Virus record (IMG/VR): IMGVR_UViG_3300048592_000616
Coordinates: 9,424-73,423 of that record
Strand: one strand, 5' to 3'
Source of the DNA: a virus
Length of the DNA: 64,000 nt
Below, piece by piece: positions 47,401 to 57,292 of this stretch. Both the position numbers and the translations under genes were made by a program. The notes under the pieces are model-generated. The model was not told the origin of the DNA, searched no databases, and was given only the letters and a program-made list of their open reading frames with translations. Each line of letters starts with the position of its first letter. The first letter of the stretch is position 1.

Positions 47401-47748
47401 ACGCTGGGCCTCGACGCCGACATGGATAGCCTGATGGCGGTCATGATGGAGGTCATGCAGTCCATCATCGGCGCGGCCGAGGAGGAGCTTGGTATCCACT
47501 CGCCATCCACCGTCTTCGCGGAGATCGGGCACCAGATGATGGCCGGGCTGGAGAAGGGCATCCGGGGCGGCGGCGACATGGCCTCGATGTTCCTGGGCAA
47601 GGACCTGTACCGCAGCGCCGACATGCTGCGCGCGGCGGTCGCCAACAACTACAACAACCGCAACCTCTATATCTACGGTGGCGTGAGCGTGCATCGCGAC
47701 ACGCCGTTCAGTTCGTTCATTGAGGAGTTATACGGGGTGTCACAATGA
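44434..47748 (+). CDS. Tape measure protein
   Basis: ~1100 aa helical Ala-rich protein; LGIHSPS motif; RBS GGAGG. Confidence 0.9.
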   Translation: MTTVIEVDGKIRLDSSDVEKGAKKAEKSLLNIGKVANPNLAALGLTVGSVGLALGTVAKAAEMAYSTIKEGAALELARSRFDNLTASIGTTADSLLGKLREATGGMISDAELIASATDMMNLGFAKTEDQAVRLTSVAGQLGWNMQQLTLTLANQSTMRLDALGLSVEEVTGRFKELKASGMAAQDAFQMAVIEAGEKKLELLGSAAETSAGKLQKFEAGWANSTNAMKIAAVQLADNIGLIESLSNVTSGLARSTGFSDELDRALQNRIITLERYEELRNTSRGSNINHRTGEIIDVGAFDQLDLLYKLKEALDNAAISRERYNELVEASATAEGYKAAQLEVDTLIILKAALDEAAISQERYNELVLMAQGGNTEGATRQLELQTQINKLYENGAISLAAYIRMTAGLKTNTAAVAAEVSGYTSQLRGNAEEMAHLGGETHKAAGEIWDWREYVGQTAEETRAFEAALADAAFAQEVVAARARMAAEAVTALSVAFNSISADYMNDLPGADDPLVTPERQVSFVVAGPTNDQTALLQEYQDLYDKAADKVRDLTNGIGTFGMEQDKVNDALEEANAEMAYYGGLMEPLRSIPTEVGTAQQGMTVNVNAARTALFEQAQAAGANAPALVALGVATGQMTEAQGEAALKAAALFARIQELGVLIAGGMSIDVAMNLLDSFIAQMNGEFIPTTGDIPPAMADAKEAVGEFGDSANDAEEDTRGLKEAVDEYNGTEATAYLYLDDDKAWTDLDTLNAALEAYGHSSYTAYLDTVVNPPNNNGGGGGGGGGGTGDDPDPVRDDRSVGGGKGGAKSPIAQYRELGRALGAAMVGGIERELVDGQNTVAKQIVALGNSASRLFNSFMSAMPDLSPDIDKASDALQTAVDALAPFWSDTVIDNINDMDPAQAAEALRNLRARSVYQNNPEAKRRLEEAIRLADERNRLEAEYAEQQKKILEYQERQAQLSFLQTQLELLQLIRDNGLDANILAGLTLGLDADMDSLMAVMMEVMQSIIGAAEEELGIHSPSTVFAEIGHQMMAGLEKGIRGGGDMASMFLGKDLYRSADMLRAAVANNYNNRNLYIYGGVSVHRDTPFSSFIEELYGVSQ

Positions 47749-49736
47749 AGATCGTGAGTTTCGGCGGGTTGGCTTTGAATAACGCCACCTACACCGCCAG
47801 TTTCCCCACCTCCTACCAGCAGCCCGGCCGCGAGGTGGCCTATGCCAGCCGCCACGGCCGCCCGCCCATCGCCACGGCCATCAACTACACCGTGTTTGCG
47901 CTGCCGCCGCTGGAGGTCGCCATTGACGGCGTGGGGGTCGATGTGGACGCGGCGCGCCGGGCGCTGTTCGCGGCGTTTGACACGCGGCGCGAGGCGCGGG
48001 CGCTGGTCATCTCCGACGATAACGGCAGCAACGAGCGGTTCCTGATGTGCATCTGCCGCCAGCCGGATCAGGTCATGGGCAAGGGTGCGTTCTCTTTCGC
48101 GTTCTCCCTCCTGGCGGCCGAGGAGCAGGAGTTCGCCAGCGTCCAGGAGACGGTGGATACCTGGAACCTGACCGCCAGCGGCCAGACGCGGATGCTGACC
48201 GTCACCGGCGACCTGGACACCGACCCGATCTACGAGATCACCCCCACGACCGCCAAGAGCGGCAGCAACCTCACCGAGCGCCAGTTCGCGGCCGTGCGCT
48301 GGTATGGCACGGCGACGAAGGGCTGGCCGGTGGACATCACCAACGCCTCGTTCGACACGGCAGCGCTGGTGACGGCGGGCAAGGTGTCAGCCGCGAGCAA
48401 CATCACGGTGTTCGTCAACGGCGTTGAGGTGCGACGCTGGATCGTCGGCTTTAACACGACCACGACGAAGGTCTGGGTCAACCTCGACTTCGAGGCCGGT
48501 CGCCAGAACCGGCTGTCCGGCTGGGACGGGGAGGCCGAGCGACCGCTCTCGTCCGGGGACGAGCCGACGTCGCTGATCTTGCGCGAGAGCATCGACCAGT
48601 GGCCGGAGACCGGCATCCTGATGATCGGCACCGAGCTATTCACCTATAAAGGCCGCGACCCAGGCCGCGCCACGCTGCTCGGCGTAGCGCGGGCGCGGCA
48701 CGGCAGCACGGCCGGGGCGCACTCCAGCGGCGCGTCCTGTATCGCGATCCAGAACAACATCATCATTGCCTATGGCCCGGGGACGACCAACAAGACCGAG
48801 TTCACCGAGGACACGATCCCGCTCGGCAACGGGTACTACAGCTACGACGCGCGCAAGCCGATGATCGACCTCACCGCCAGCAGCAATGCGTCGTGGAAGT
48901 GGACGACCTTCGGTGAGGCATCCAACCCGCGCGCGGCGGAGTGGGACAATGTCTTGACGACCTTTGGGCATTCGCTATTTAGTGACCCGACGTCCGGCAC
49001 CCTGGTGTCGCCTTTCGAGAACATCGGTATCCGCATTGACGACGACGAGTTAAGCGGCATCTCGCGCTGGACCATGCCCCTGGCACGGCCGGTCATCTCC
49101 TTTGGCGTGGTTGGCGTGGGGAAGATAATGCGATCGCTAGGGCGCTCCCAGACCCCAGCCGACTACTGGGGGATCAACTTCGTAACTGCGGACAGCACCG
49201 GTTCGGAGCGCACGGCGTTCTCGCTGCCGCAGCCGACCGTACCAGAGGGGGGACCTATCGACGCGGGCGCGGGTAGTATCACCCTGGTCAAGAACTACAG
49301 CGGGACGACCACGCCGCTCTCCCCACACGAGGCCGGGCGCACGCTGTCCCTCAAGGCGTTTGGCCGGGGCGCGATGTCCATCTACTTGTCCGAGGTAAGG
49401 GTCGGCTTCGGCAACGGCGCGAATGACGACATGACCGTCACCCTGTACCCGCCCGCCACGATGTATGACGCCAACACCCAACTGACCAACGTCACGACCG
49501 GCGAAACGCTGACTATCCGGCTGCCGATGGAGCCCGGCAAGACGCTGGTCATAGACACCCAGCGGTACACCGTGACGTATGACAACGGCGGGACGAACCA
49601 GTATCAGGCCGTCCGGCGCAATAGCGCGCGCCCTGAATGGCTGCGACTCGTGCCGGGGACGAATTTGCTACGGGTGACAGAGCCGGGCCTGACGGGCCTG
49701 ACACTGACCACCCGCTGGCGAGAGGTATACCGCTAA
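47745..49736 (+). CDS. Distal tail protein with insertion
   Basis: After the tape measure; C-terminal WLRLVPGTN...WRE. Confidence 0.7.
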   Translation: MKIVSFGGLALNNATYTASFPTSYQQPGREVAYASRHGRPPIATAINYTVFALPPLEVAIDGVGVDVDAARRALFAAFDTRREARALVISDDNGSNERFLMCICRQPDQVMGKGAFSFAFSLLAAEEQEFASVQETVDTWNLTASGQTRMLTVTGDLDTDPIYEITPTTAKSGSNLTERQFAAVRWYGTATKGWPVDITNASFDTAALVTAGKVSAASNITVFVNGVEVRRWIVGFNTTTTKVWVNLDFEAGRQNRLSGWDGEAERPLSSGDEPTSLILRESIDQWPETGILMIGTELFTYKGRDPGRATLLGVARARHGSTAGAHSSGASCIAIQNNIIIAYGPGTTNKTEFTEDTIPLGNGYYSYDARKPMIDLTASSNASWKWTTFGEASNPRAAEWDNVLTTFGHSLFSDPTSGTLVSPFENIGIRIDDDELSGISRWTMPLARPVISFGVVGVGKIMRSLGRSQTPADYWGINFVTADSTGSERTAFSLPQPTVPEGGPIDAGAGSITLVKNYSGTTTPLSPHEAGRTLSLKAFGRGAMSIYLSEVRVGFGNGANDDMTVTLYPPATMYDANTQLTNVTTGETLTIRLPMEPGKTLVIDTQRYTVTYDNGGTNQYQAVRRNSARPEWLRLVPGTNLLRVTEPGLTGLTLTTRWREVYR

Positions 49737-50297
49737 GTGGAAACCATCACTTTATTCCCCACGGCCAGCGCTCATGACGCCCGCGAGATAGGTACCGGCG
49801 TGGTGTCGGTGAGCGACACCGAACTCATTCTAACCTCGGGTCTGCATTGGTCCGGTCTGTGGGTTGACGCGACGGCCTATGCGAGCGACCTGCCCGGCAA
49901 GGTAACGGCGGCCACGTTGCATTACTACCCCAGGGGCACCGGGTATGACACACCCAACTTGACATGGTATGGGGAGGCTGCGAACTCTGCCGCAGTCTTT
50001 ACCACGGCCGACTATAACATCAGCAGCCGCACGCCGACTGCGGCCAGCGCATCCGATGTGGGATCAAGTGTGGGAGGTGGGAAGCGCAGCATCGACATAA
50101 CAAGCATTGTCCAAGAGATCACGTCGCTGCCGGGGTGGAGTGGGCCAATTGCCCTGCAAGGCGATTGTGCTGGCGGCGTCAACTTGCGCATCTATGCCCA
50201 CGACAACGGTTCAAGTATCTGGAGTGTGGAGATCGAATACCAGAGCGGCAATTTGGCCGCCCTTATGAGCGCCGACCGGCGCAGGAGAGTGCAATAG
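49737..50297 (+). CDS. Minor tail protein (DNRLRE-like beta domain)
   Basis: Position; DITSIVQEI motif. Confidence 0.5.
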   Translation: METITLFPTASAHDAREIGTGVVSVSDTELILTSGLHWSGLWVDATAYASDLPGKVTAATLHYYPRGTGYDTPNLTWYGEAANSAAVFTTADYNISSRTPTAASASDVGSSVGGGKRSIDITSIVQEITSLPGWSGPIALQGDCAGGVNLRIYAHDNGSSIWSVEIEYQSGNLAALMSADRRRRVQ

Positions 50298-51145
50298 TGA
50301 CTCAGTACTTGAGTTCAACTTCCGGCAGTATCGTCATGGGGCCGTTCCAAAGCATCACCGACGGATCGCTCATGACCGGGCTGGCCGGGAGCATCACTGT
50401 CTACCGCATCACACCAAACGGGCGAGTGGCGCGAGACAGCACTGGCACCATCACCCACCTCGGAGGCGCATGGTACAACGTGCCGCTGTCGAGCGTAGAC
50501 CTCACCCGAAGCCCCGCAAACTCCCTGAACGTGACGTTCTCGGCCGTCGCAACCGGGGCGGCCCCGGTCTGGCATGAATGCTTGCTGTTCACCTCGGATT
50601 GGCATGCTGCGATGTTCGGCGGCTCTCGCCTCAAAACGGAGCTTGCCTCCATCGCCTGGGACGGACCGCTGGTTCCCGACTACATAGTGAACCTCGTAAA
50701 CGCGTTTGACGGCGTGACCGGCTACGACTTTCCCGGCAGCTCTATCGATGCCAACGTGTACCAGATCAACTACAACACCTCTGCCGCGCAGAACTTGCGC
50801 AAAGCCTACGACGGTGCGACCGGCTACGCCCACCCGTTCAACACATACCCGGCCAACGTCACGTCGATCAACGGATCGGCGACGGCCGCGGCTGTCCTGC
50901 GGCGGGCCAACGAAGCGCCAGTTATCAGCGTGGTCGCGGCGGGGTCCCCGACCTCGACGGCGTTCCCGGTCTCTCTCGGCGGCACCTATGGCACCGGTGC
51001 GCTCATCGGCCGAATCGTTTACTTTACGACCGGCGCGCGCACGGGGTGTTCGCAGGTCATCTCGGCGTCCACCTCGACGCTCATCACCCTGGCGTCGGCG
51101 CTGCCCGGCGCGCCCGGTGTAGGTGACGCCTTCATCATCGTCTAA
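50297..51145 (+). CDS. Minor tail protein
   Basis: GTG start after AGGAG; C-terminal FTTG...ALPGAPGVGDAFII. Confidence 0.55.
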   Translation: MTQYLSSTSGSIVMGPFQSITDGSLMTGLAGSITVYRITPNGRVARDSTGTITHLGGAWYNVPLSSVDLTRSPANSLNVTFSAVATGAAPVWHECLLFTSDWHAAMFGGSRLKTELASIAWDGPLVPDYIVNLVNAFDGVTGYDFPGSSIDANVYQINYNTSAAQNLRKAYDGATGYAHPFNTYPANVTSINGSATAAAVLRRANEAPVISVVAAGSPTSTAFPVSLGGTYGTGALIGRIVYFTTGARTGCSQVISASTSTLITLASALPGAPGVGDAFIIV

Positions 51146-52311
51146 TGGCCGACCTACTGTACATCCGTCGTCGCCGAATCGGTGGGGTGACGGAATTCCC
51201 CAAGGACTACCTCATCGTCCTGCCGCGGCCGGTCACGCCGATCTACGGCAGGGAGATCAGCGACCGCCGGGTGGGCCTGGCACCGATCCGCACCCTTATC
51301 GGCGACGCCAATTCCGGGACATTGCTGGGGGAGATCGCCGCCGACTTGCAGCACGTCTCTTGGCTGATCAGCCGTCACGGCGACGCGGAGTTCGTTCTGC
51401 CGTCCAACGACCCCGCTGTGCGCTCCGGCCTTATCCAGCCCGGCCGCCGGATCGCGCTGGAGATCGACAACGGCCTGCCGGTATGGGGCGGGGTGATCGA
51501 CGTACCCACCGACAACGACGGGCTAACGACGACTTGGCGGGCCTATGAGTCCAGCTACTTGCTGCGCTCTCGCTACACCGGCCGCCACGTCAAGTTCGCC
51601 AAGGTGACGGCGGGCGGCGTGGTCAGCGCGCTCATGACGGCCGCCAATGCGGGCGCGCTGTCCGGGATCGTGCTGATCGTCCATGACAGCGGCGAGACGA
51701 CGATCACCCAGGAGTACCACCTGGAGGCGCTCTACGACGTATTCGAGCGGGACATCTGGCCGCTGCTGGAGTTCCGCATGACGCCGGTCGTCACCGACTC
51801 GATCTCGTTCATCATGGAGGTCGGGGTGCGGATCGGCCGCGACGTTTCCGGGCGCGTGGCGCTGGTGCAGGGGGTCAACACCGACCGGCCGAAGGTCACG
51901 ACCCAGGGGCCGATCATCAACCACCTCACCTACGCGGCCGGGGACGGGGCATGGGACCCGTCGGCCAACGACGCTCGCGCCGTGGTCACCGTCTTGGACG
52001 ACAGGAGCATCAAACGCTATGGCCTGCGCCAGGGTGTCCATATCGCCAGCGTCAACGACGCGCCGACGTTGGAGAAAATGGCGACGGCAGACCTGGCCGA
52101 GATGCGCGAACCTTACCGGGCTATCTCGCTTAGTGCGCTTAACCTGCCACCGGCAACCTTCGGTGACTACCAGGTCGGCGACACGGTGAGTGTCGAGTTA
52201 TTCGGCGAGTATGGGATGGGCGGCGGCGATGACAGGACCGCCCGTGTGTTGGGACGAGAGTTTCGGCCGGCCGACGGTGTCTGCCGCCTGATCCTCGCCA
52301 ACAACCGATAG
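51145..52311 (+). CDS. Baseplate hub/Tal-like minor tail protein
   Basis: VWGGVI, SIKRYGLRQ, YQVGDTV motifs. Confidence 0.65.
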   Translation: MADLLYIRRRRIGGVTEFPKDYLIVLPRPVTPIYGREISDRRVGLAPIRTLIGDANSGTLLGEIAADLQHVSWLISRHGDAEFVLPSNDPAVRSGLIQPGRRIALEIDNGLPVWGGVIDVPTDNDGLTTTWRAYESSYLLRSRYTGRHVKFAKVTAGGVVSALMTAANAGALSGIVLIVHDSGETTITQEYHLEALYDVFERDIWPLLEFRMTPVVTDSISFIMEVGVRIGRDVSGRVALVQGVNTDRPKVTTQGPIINHLTYAAGDGAWDPSANDARAVVTVLDDRSIKRYGLRQGVHIASVNDAPTLEKMATADLAEMREPYRAISLSALNLPPATFGDYQVGDTVSVELFGEYGMGGGDDRTARVLGREFRPADGVCRLILANNR

Positions 52312-52321
52312 GGAGCTACAC

Positions 52322-52552
52322 ATGAATGCACGAGGATCAAGGCGGATCGACCGGGTGGCGATCCCGGACAACATCATCGACCAAATGGAAACGCTCAAGC
52401 GCCAGGTGGCCGAGCTACGTCGGCGCACCATCACCCCGCCCAGCACGACGCCGACCGTCCGGCGCACGGCCGAGGACGGTCGGGTATTCCAACTGCAAAG
52501 CATAGAGCTACGCGGCCGTTCGCACTACTTCTGGTCGGAGGTGAGCGAGTGA
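52322..52552 (+). CDS. Small tail-associated protein
   Basis: Coiled LKRQVAELRR typical downstream of Tal. Confidence 0.5.
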   Translation: MNARGSRRIDRVAIPDNIIDQMETLKRQVAELRRRTITPPSTTPTVRRTAEDGRVFQLQSIELRGRSHYFWSEVSE

Positions 52553-55500
52553 CAACTTACTACGTCAACGCCGGACCCAGCGGTAACAACAGCAACGACG
52601 GCCGGTCCTCCGGGTCACCCTGGAAGACGCTGAGTAAGGCGGCAAGCTCCATCAGCAACGGCGATACCGTCAAGATCGCACCGGGCACCTACTCCGAACG
52701 CCTGACAATCCGCACCCCGAACTCGACTTGGGAGCACGACGGCACTGCCGGGACGGTCTATATCGAGGGCGGCTATACCAACACGACCGCCTGGAGGAAC
52801 AACAACCAGACCTACCGGCCGGACCAAGGCAGCTGGGGGACGGGCACATGGAACGCCGGTGGATACCAAAACCTCGTGAACATCGAGGCCAGCGGGGTGA
52901 CGCTCAACGGCAAGACCAAGTACGGCATTGTCATTAGATATGCGCCGGGCGAGGGGCTTCAGACAACGTTGGACGGCCACGACGCGATCATCAAGTTCGT
53001 ACACGTGGACTACTGCTACGGCGGCGGCTGGCGCATCTTCAGTAATGACACCTTGGTCGAAGATTGCGCCTGTACGCGGTGCGGCCTGCAGTTGTTTGAC
53101 CCGGATTCCCTCGCCGTCGGACCGGCGGGCGTCCCCGTTGCGTTTCTGGTGGCCCAAACCGACATCAATCACAGAACCGAGCGGGTTACCGTGCGTCGCG
53201 TCATTTCCCAATGCAACTGGGGGGAGGGTATCGCGGCGGGCTTCGGCTCAATAGATGTCGTCGTCGAGTCCTGCGAGAGTTCCACGAACTACCATCTGGC
53301 CTTCTATGCCAACTGCGGCCGTGACGCCACCTTTCGGAACAACATCGCCTGGTGGGACGCCGCCGCATCCGACTTTACGGGATCCAGCGGTGATACCGCA
53401 GACGGGTTCGTGTTTGGCGATGAGAGCAAGCGGCTGGCTAGCAGCGACCTGCCCTCCTTATCCGCAAGGTATTACAACAACATCGCCATCGGGGTTCGTC
53501 GCGGTTTTCAGATACGAAACAACGGCAGCAACTACAGAACGCAGGTCGACGGTTTGTACTTCGGGTTCAACACCATTATTGCCACCGCCGACGCCAAATT
53601 CGCCATTGACCTTGGAGGCGCACCCCCCAACGCCAACCCGAAGGCGCTCATCGAAAACAACGTCATCGAGGTGCTGGGGGGCGCGGTGACGGCGAAGGGG
53701 ACGGACAAATACACCTTCCGCAACAACGTTTGGCGTAGCACCCCGCCGTCCTCGGCAAGAGGGGCGGGCGATGTCTACGCTAACCCTCGGCTAACCAACC
53801 CCAACTTCACCTTGCCCGCCACGAATTGCAACAAGAAGGGGGCATCCTTCACGCCGGTCAGCATCCGTAACAGCATCCAGTTCGCCCAGTTGCAATCCAC
53901 TAGCCCGGCGATCAACAAAGCCGCGTCCGGGTCGGCCGGGGGCGTCACCCCGCCATCCGTGACGACTGACATCTCCGGCGCGGCGCGCGGCGCGGCGCGG
54001 GACTGTGGCGCGTGGGAGTTCGGCGGGACGCCTACCGACCCGGGCGACGAGTTGACCGCCAACTTCTCGCAGTCGGCCACATCGGGCGAGGTGCCGCTGA
54101 CGGTCAACTTCGTGGATACCAGCGTCAGCACCGGCACCAAGACCGCCTGGTTGTGGGACTTCGGGAACGGCGCGACATCGACCGTGCAGAACCCGACCTA
54201 CGTCTATAGCACGCCGGGGGTCTACACGCCGAGCCTGACGGTCTACGACAACAACGGCCTGCAGGCGACCAAGACGGGATCGCCGATCACCGTCATCCCG
54301 GCCACGGAACCGCCCAGCGGCGGCGGGAGCGGCGGCGTGGCGGCCGCGCGGGCGACGACGCGCACCTCGACCGGCAGCCAGACGATCACCGGCCTGGGCA
54401 CCAAGACGCCGCTGGCGCTGCTGTTCATCTTATCCGGCGCGCCGACGGTGGGCACGCAGGCCGATAACGCGCACCTGTGTATCGGCGTGTGGACGCCCGC
54501 CGCGCAGTACGCCCAAGTCATTGGCGGTCGCGACAACGTGGCGGCCATCGACGACCGCAGCGGCCACGTCGTCGGCAGGGTTCTGGCTCGCCACAGCACG
54601 GCCGACGGCTACACCGGCCTGGCGCAGGTGACCAGCGTCGGGCCGGGATCGGTGACACTGGAGTACACACATGTGTTCCCGGCCGCCTACCAGTTGACGG
54701 TGGTGTCATTCGGCGGCGCGTCGGCGCAGGCGAAGGTATCGGCGGCCGTGGCCAGGGCCAAGGGCAGCGCGTATGCGCTGGCGGACGGCGACCTGTCGCT
54801 GATATGGTCGGCGTTCGGCGACGTCACGGGGCTGGCGCAAATGAGCCTGGGCGCTGCTGAGGCCGGGGCGCAGGTCTACCATGCCTGGCGCGGCCGCTCG
54901 GTACAGGGCGCGACAGACATCAACTCCTGGACCGGCGGTGGCGTGTCGCTCAACTACCTGTCGCCCGACAGCAAACGCGCCTATATTGACGTTGCCAACG
55001 TGGCCTCCGGGGCGGCCTCCGTCAGCACTAACGACATCAACAAGCCGGTCGTCTCCCTGGGCGTGCGCGGCATGGGCGCAGTCAAGGTGGGGCAGTTCCT
55101 TGCTCCCAGCGCCGCAGGGTCGTCCAGCTACACCGTTGGCTTCGCGCCAACGCTCGTTATCCTTTGGGGCGGGCTGATACCGTCCATTACCGGCGCGCAG
55201 GCCAACAATAACCCCAACAACAACGCGTTCTGGATCGCCGTCGTGACGGCCGCCGGGACGTACTACACGGGTATCGCCTCGACGGACGGGGTAACGACCT
55301 CAGACACCAAGAGCCATGCCGAGAACAGCATCAAAGTCTATGACGGTGGTGGCACCGTGCGCTTGGCCGGGGCGGTGACGCTGGACGCGGATGGGTTCGA
55401 CGTCAACTGGACCACGCCCCGGACGGTCGGCGTCAACTACCTCGCCATCGAGGGCACGGTCGCGCCGGACAACGCGCTGGTCAACTGGTCGGCCGCGCCG

Positions 55501-56025
55501 AAAGAGATCGACGAGGGCGAGGCCGTCACCTTTACCAACCTTACTAACACCAACGGGGCGGCGGTCAGCGGCTACGAGTGGGACTTCGGCGACGGCAGCA
55601 CGTCCACCGAGGAGGACCCGGTACACGTCTACACCGACTGGGGCACCTATACGGTGACGCTCACGGTGACGACCAACATCGGGCCGGTCTCCCTGGCGCG
55701 GCAGGACTATATCACGGTCAACTACGTGCCGGTCTACATGGACATTCTGACGCCGAGCGACCCACTGCCCGTGACCAATACCAGCAAGACGGCGCTCAAC
55801 CTGGAGCTAACGGACGATGACGACTACAACCAGATGTACCTTAACACGCACGGCCACGAGTTGATCCTCGACGGCGCGGAGATCGAGATCGACCCGGGGC
55901 CGCGCAACCCGGCGCAGGGGCGCATCCTGATCTACTTCGACAGCAATGTTGGCACCAACGGGTCGCTTATGGCGCGGCTGGCAGACGGCAGCACGTTCGT
56001 CATCGCGGGGCTAACCCCGGCCTGA
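52549..56025 (+). CDS. Tail fibre/receptor-binding protein: right-handed beta-helix plus two PKD domains
   Basis: TYYV...G.NSNDG...PWKTL..A...GDTV...GTY; SPAIN...DCGAWE; WDFGNG and WDFGDG PKD motifs. Confidence 0.8.
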   Translation: MTTYYVNAGPSGNNSNDGRSSGSPWKTLSKAASSISNGDTVKIAPGTYSERLTIRTPNSTWEHDGTAGTVYIEGGYTNTTAWRNNNQTYRPDQGSWGTGTWNAGGYQNLVNIEASGVTLNGKTKYGIVIRYAPGEGLQTTLDGHDAIIKFVHVDYCYGGGWRIFSNDTLVEDCACTRCGLQLFDPDSLAVGPAGVPVAFLVAQTDINHRTERVTVRRVISQCNWGEGIAAGFGSIDVVVESCESSTNYHLAFYANCGRDATFRNNIAWWDAAASDFTGSSGDTADGFVFGDESKRLASSDLPSLSARYYNNIAIGVRRGFQIRNNGSNYRTQVDGLYFGFNTIIATADAKFAIDLGGAPPNANPKALIENNVIEVLGGAVTAKGTDKYTFRNNVWRSTPPSSARGAGDVYANPRLTNPNFTLPATNCNKKGASFTPVSIRNSIQFAQLQSTSPAINKAASGSAGGVTPPSVTTDISGAARGAARDCGAWEFGGTPTDPGDELTANFSQSATSGEVPLTVNFVDTSVSTGTKTAWLWDFGNGATSTVQNPTYVYSTPGVYTPSLTVYDNNGLQATKTGSPITVIPATEPPSGGGSGGVAAARATTRTSTGSQTITGLGTKTPLALLFILSGAPTVGTQADNAHLCIGVWTPAAQYAQVIGGRDNVAAIDDRSGHVVGRVLARHSTADGYTGLAQVTSVGPGSVTLEYTHVFPAAYQLTVVSFGGASAQAKVSAAVARAKGSAYALADGDLSLIWSAFGDVTGLAQMSLGAAEAGAQVYHAWRGRSVQGATDINSWTGGGVSLNYLSPDSKRAYIDVANVASGAASVSTNDINKPVVSLGVRGMGAVKVGQFLAPSAAGSSSYTVGFAPTLVILWGGLIPSITGAQANNNPNNNAFWIAVVTAAGTYYTGIASTDGVTTSDTKSHAENSIKVYDGGGTVRLAGAVTLDADGFDVNWTTPRTVGVNYLAIEGTVAPDNALVNWSAAPKEIDEGEAVTFTNLTNTNGAAVSGYEWDFGDGSTSTEEDPVHVYTDWGTYTVTLTVTTNIGPVSLARQDYITVNYVPVYMDILTPSDPLPVTNTSKTALNLELTDDDDYNQMYLNTHGHELILDGAEIEIDPGPRNPAQGRILIYFDSNVGTNGSLMARLADGSTFVIAGLTPA

Positions 56026-56043
56026 CGGGAGGAGAGGCATAGC

Positions 56044-56331
56044 GTGCACACTATCCAGCGCATTACCGACATCATCCAAGCCATTGACCTGGTCGCCTTC
56101 ACGGCGGCGCTGCTGCTGGCGGCCGGGATCAGTTGGCGCTGGCCGCGCTGGCGCTGGCCGCTGCTGCCGGTGATGTTCTACGCCTTGAACGGAACCATCT
56201 TCTACATGGTCGTCGTTCTGGAGCTAACCAACTTCCGCACGCTGTGGTCGGCCGCCCTGCGGTTGCAGGGCATCCTCTCCATCCTGACCGCGCTGATCGT
56301 CCTGGCGTGGAGGCTCCGCCGCTCCTCATGA
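56044..56331 (+). CDS. Three-TM membrane protein (holin-like)
   Basis: Three hydrophobic segments; RBS GGAGG. Confidence 0.55.
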   Translation: MHTIQRITDIIQAIDLVAFTAALLLAAGISWRWPRWRWPLLPVMFYALNGTIFYMVVVLELTNFRTLWSAALRLQGILSILTALIVLAWRLRRSS

Positions 56332-56960
56332 CCACCGCCGACTGGTTGCAACTGGCCGTGTTCGCCGTCGTCCTCGTGGCGGCCGTCATCATCGCCGCGC
56401 GGACGGTGCTGGTCGTCATCGGCAGGGAGACGGACCGCGACAAAAACTTCGAGGACAAGCTCCAGGACATCCGCGAGCGGGCGGCGACGATGTACGCCAA
56501 CATGGAGGCGGCGCACAGCAGCGCCCTGCGCCGCATGGACGACCTGGAGGACGAAGTGTCCCGCCTGCGCGAGGAGAACGCCCGGCTCCAGGCCGAGGTG
56601 GACAGCTACCGGCAGATCATCGCCGTCGTGAACGGCCGTGTCCAGGCGCTGGAGCTAGGGGCGTCGATCCTGACGCAGCAACTCAAGCGGCACAGCCTCG
56701 ACCCGGAGTGGGCACCGGAGGACGCGGTGATGGTGCCGGTCCCCGTCCGTCCCCAGGAGTTGGCCGACCGTATCCGGCGCGCCTTCAATGTGGAGGAGAT
56801 GAACGACCTGGCGACGAGGCTGGAGATCGACCCGGAGGACATCGCCGAGCGCACGGCGACCGGCCGGGCGCGGGCGCTGGTCGGCGCGGCCGAGCGGCGC
56901 GGCAAGTTGGGGTTGCTCATCGAGACGGCCAAGGAACTGCGACCGAAAGGCAATTGGTAA
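56328..56960 (+). CDS. TM + coiled-coil protein with C-terminal effector-associated (EAD7/death-like) domain
   Basis: AFNVEEMNDLA..LEIDPEDI...TGRARALV...ERRGKL..L....ELRP..W. Confidence 0.65.
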   Translation: MTTADWLQLAVFAVVLVAAVIIAARTVLVVIGRETDRDKNFEDKLQDIRERAATMYANMEAAHSSALRRMDDLEDEVSRLREENARLQAEVDSYRQIIAVVNGRVQALELGASILTQQLKRHSLDPEWAPEDAVMVPVPVRPQELADRIRRAFNVEEMNDLATRLEIDPEDIAERTATGRARALVGAAERRGKLGLLIETAKELRPKGNW

Positions 56961-57007
56961 GGAAGGCTAGTGTGAATGCGGCCGCCCTGCGCGGCCAAGG
57001 AGAAGCA

Positions 57008-57292
57008 ATGGACAACAACAAAGTACAACGACTACCGGCGTGGATGGTCTCGCTGCTCAACAGTCGGAAGTTCTGGCTGGCGGCGATGGGCGTGACGGCC
57101 GGGATCGTGCTGTTCGTCCGGGGCGAGATCGCGGCCGACCAGTTGGTTGACCTCATTCTCGTGCTGGTCGGCGTGGTCATCGCCAGCATCGCCATCGAGG
57201 ACGGCGCGGAGAAGTTAGGCGGAGGACGTCTCATCGAAGTGGCGTTCGATGACGACGAGGAGGACGACGATGAACGACAATTCCAAGGCTAA
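57008..57292 (+). CDS. Holin
   Basis: SRKFW motif, two TM helices, acidic tail; RBS AAGGAG. Confidence 0.7.
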   Translation: MDNNKVQRLPAWMVSLLNSRKFWLAAMGVTAGIVLFVRGEIAADQLVDLILVLVGVVIASIAIEDGAEKLGGGRLIEVAFDDDEEDDDERQFQG

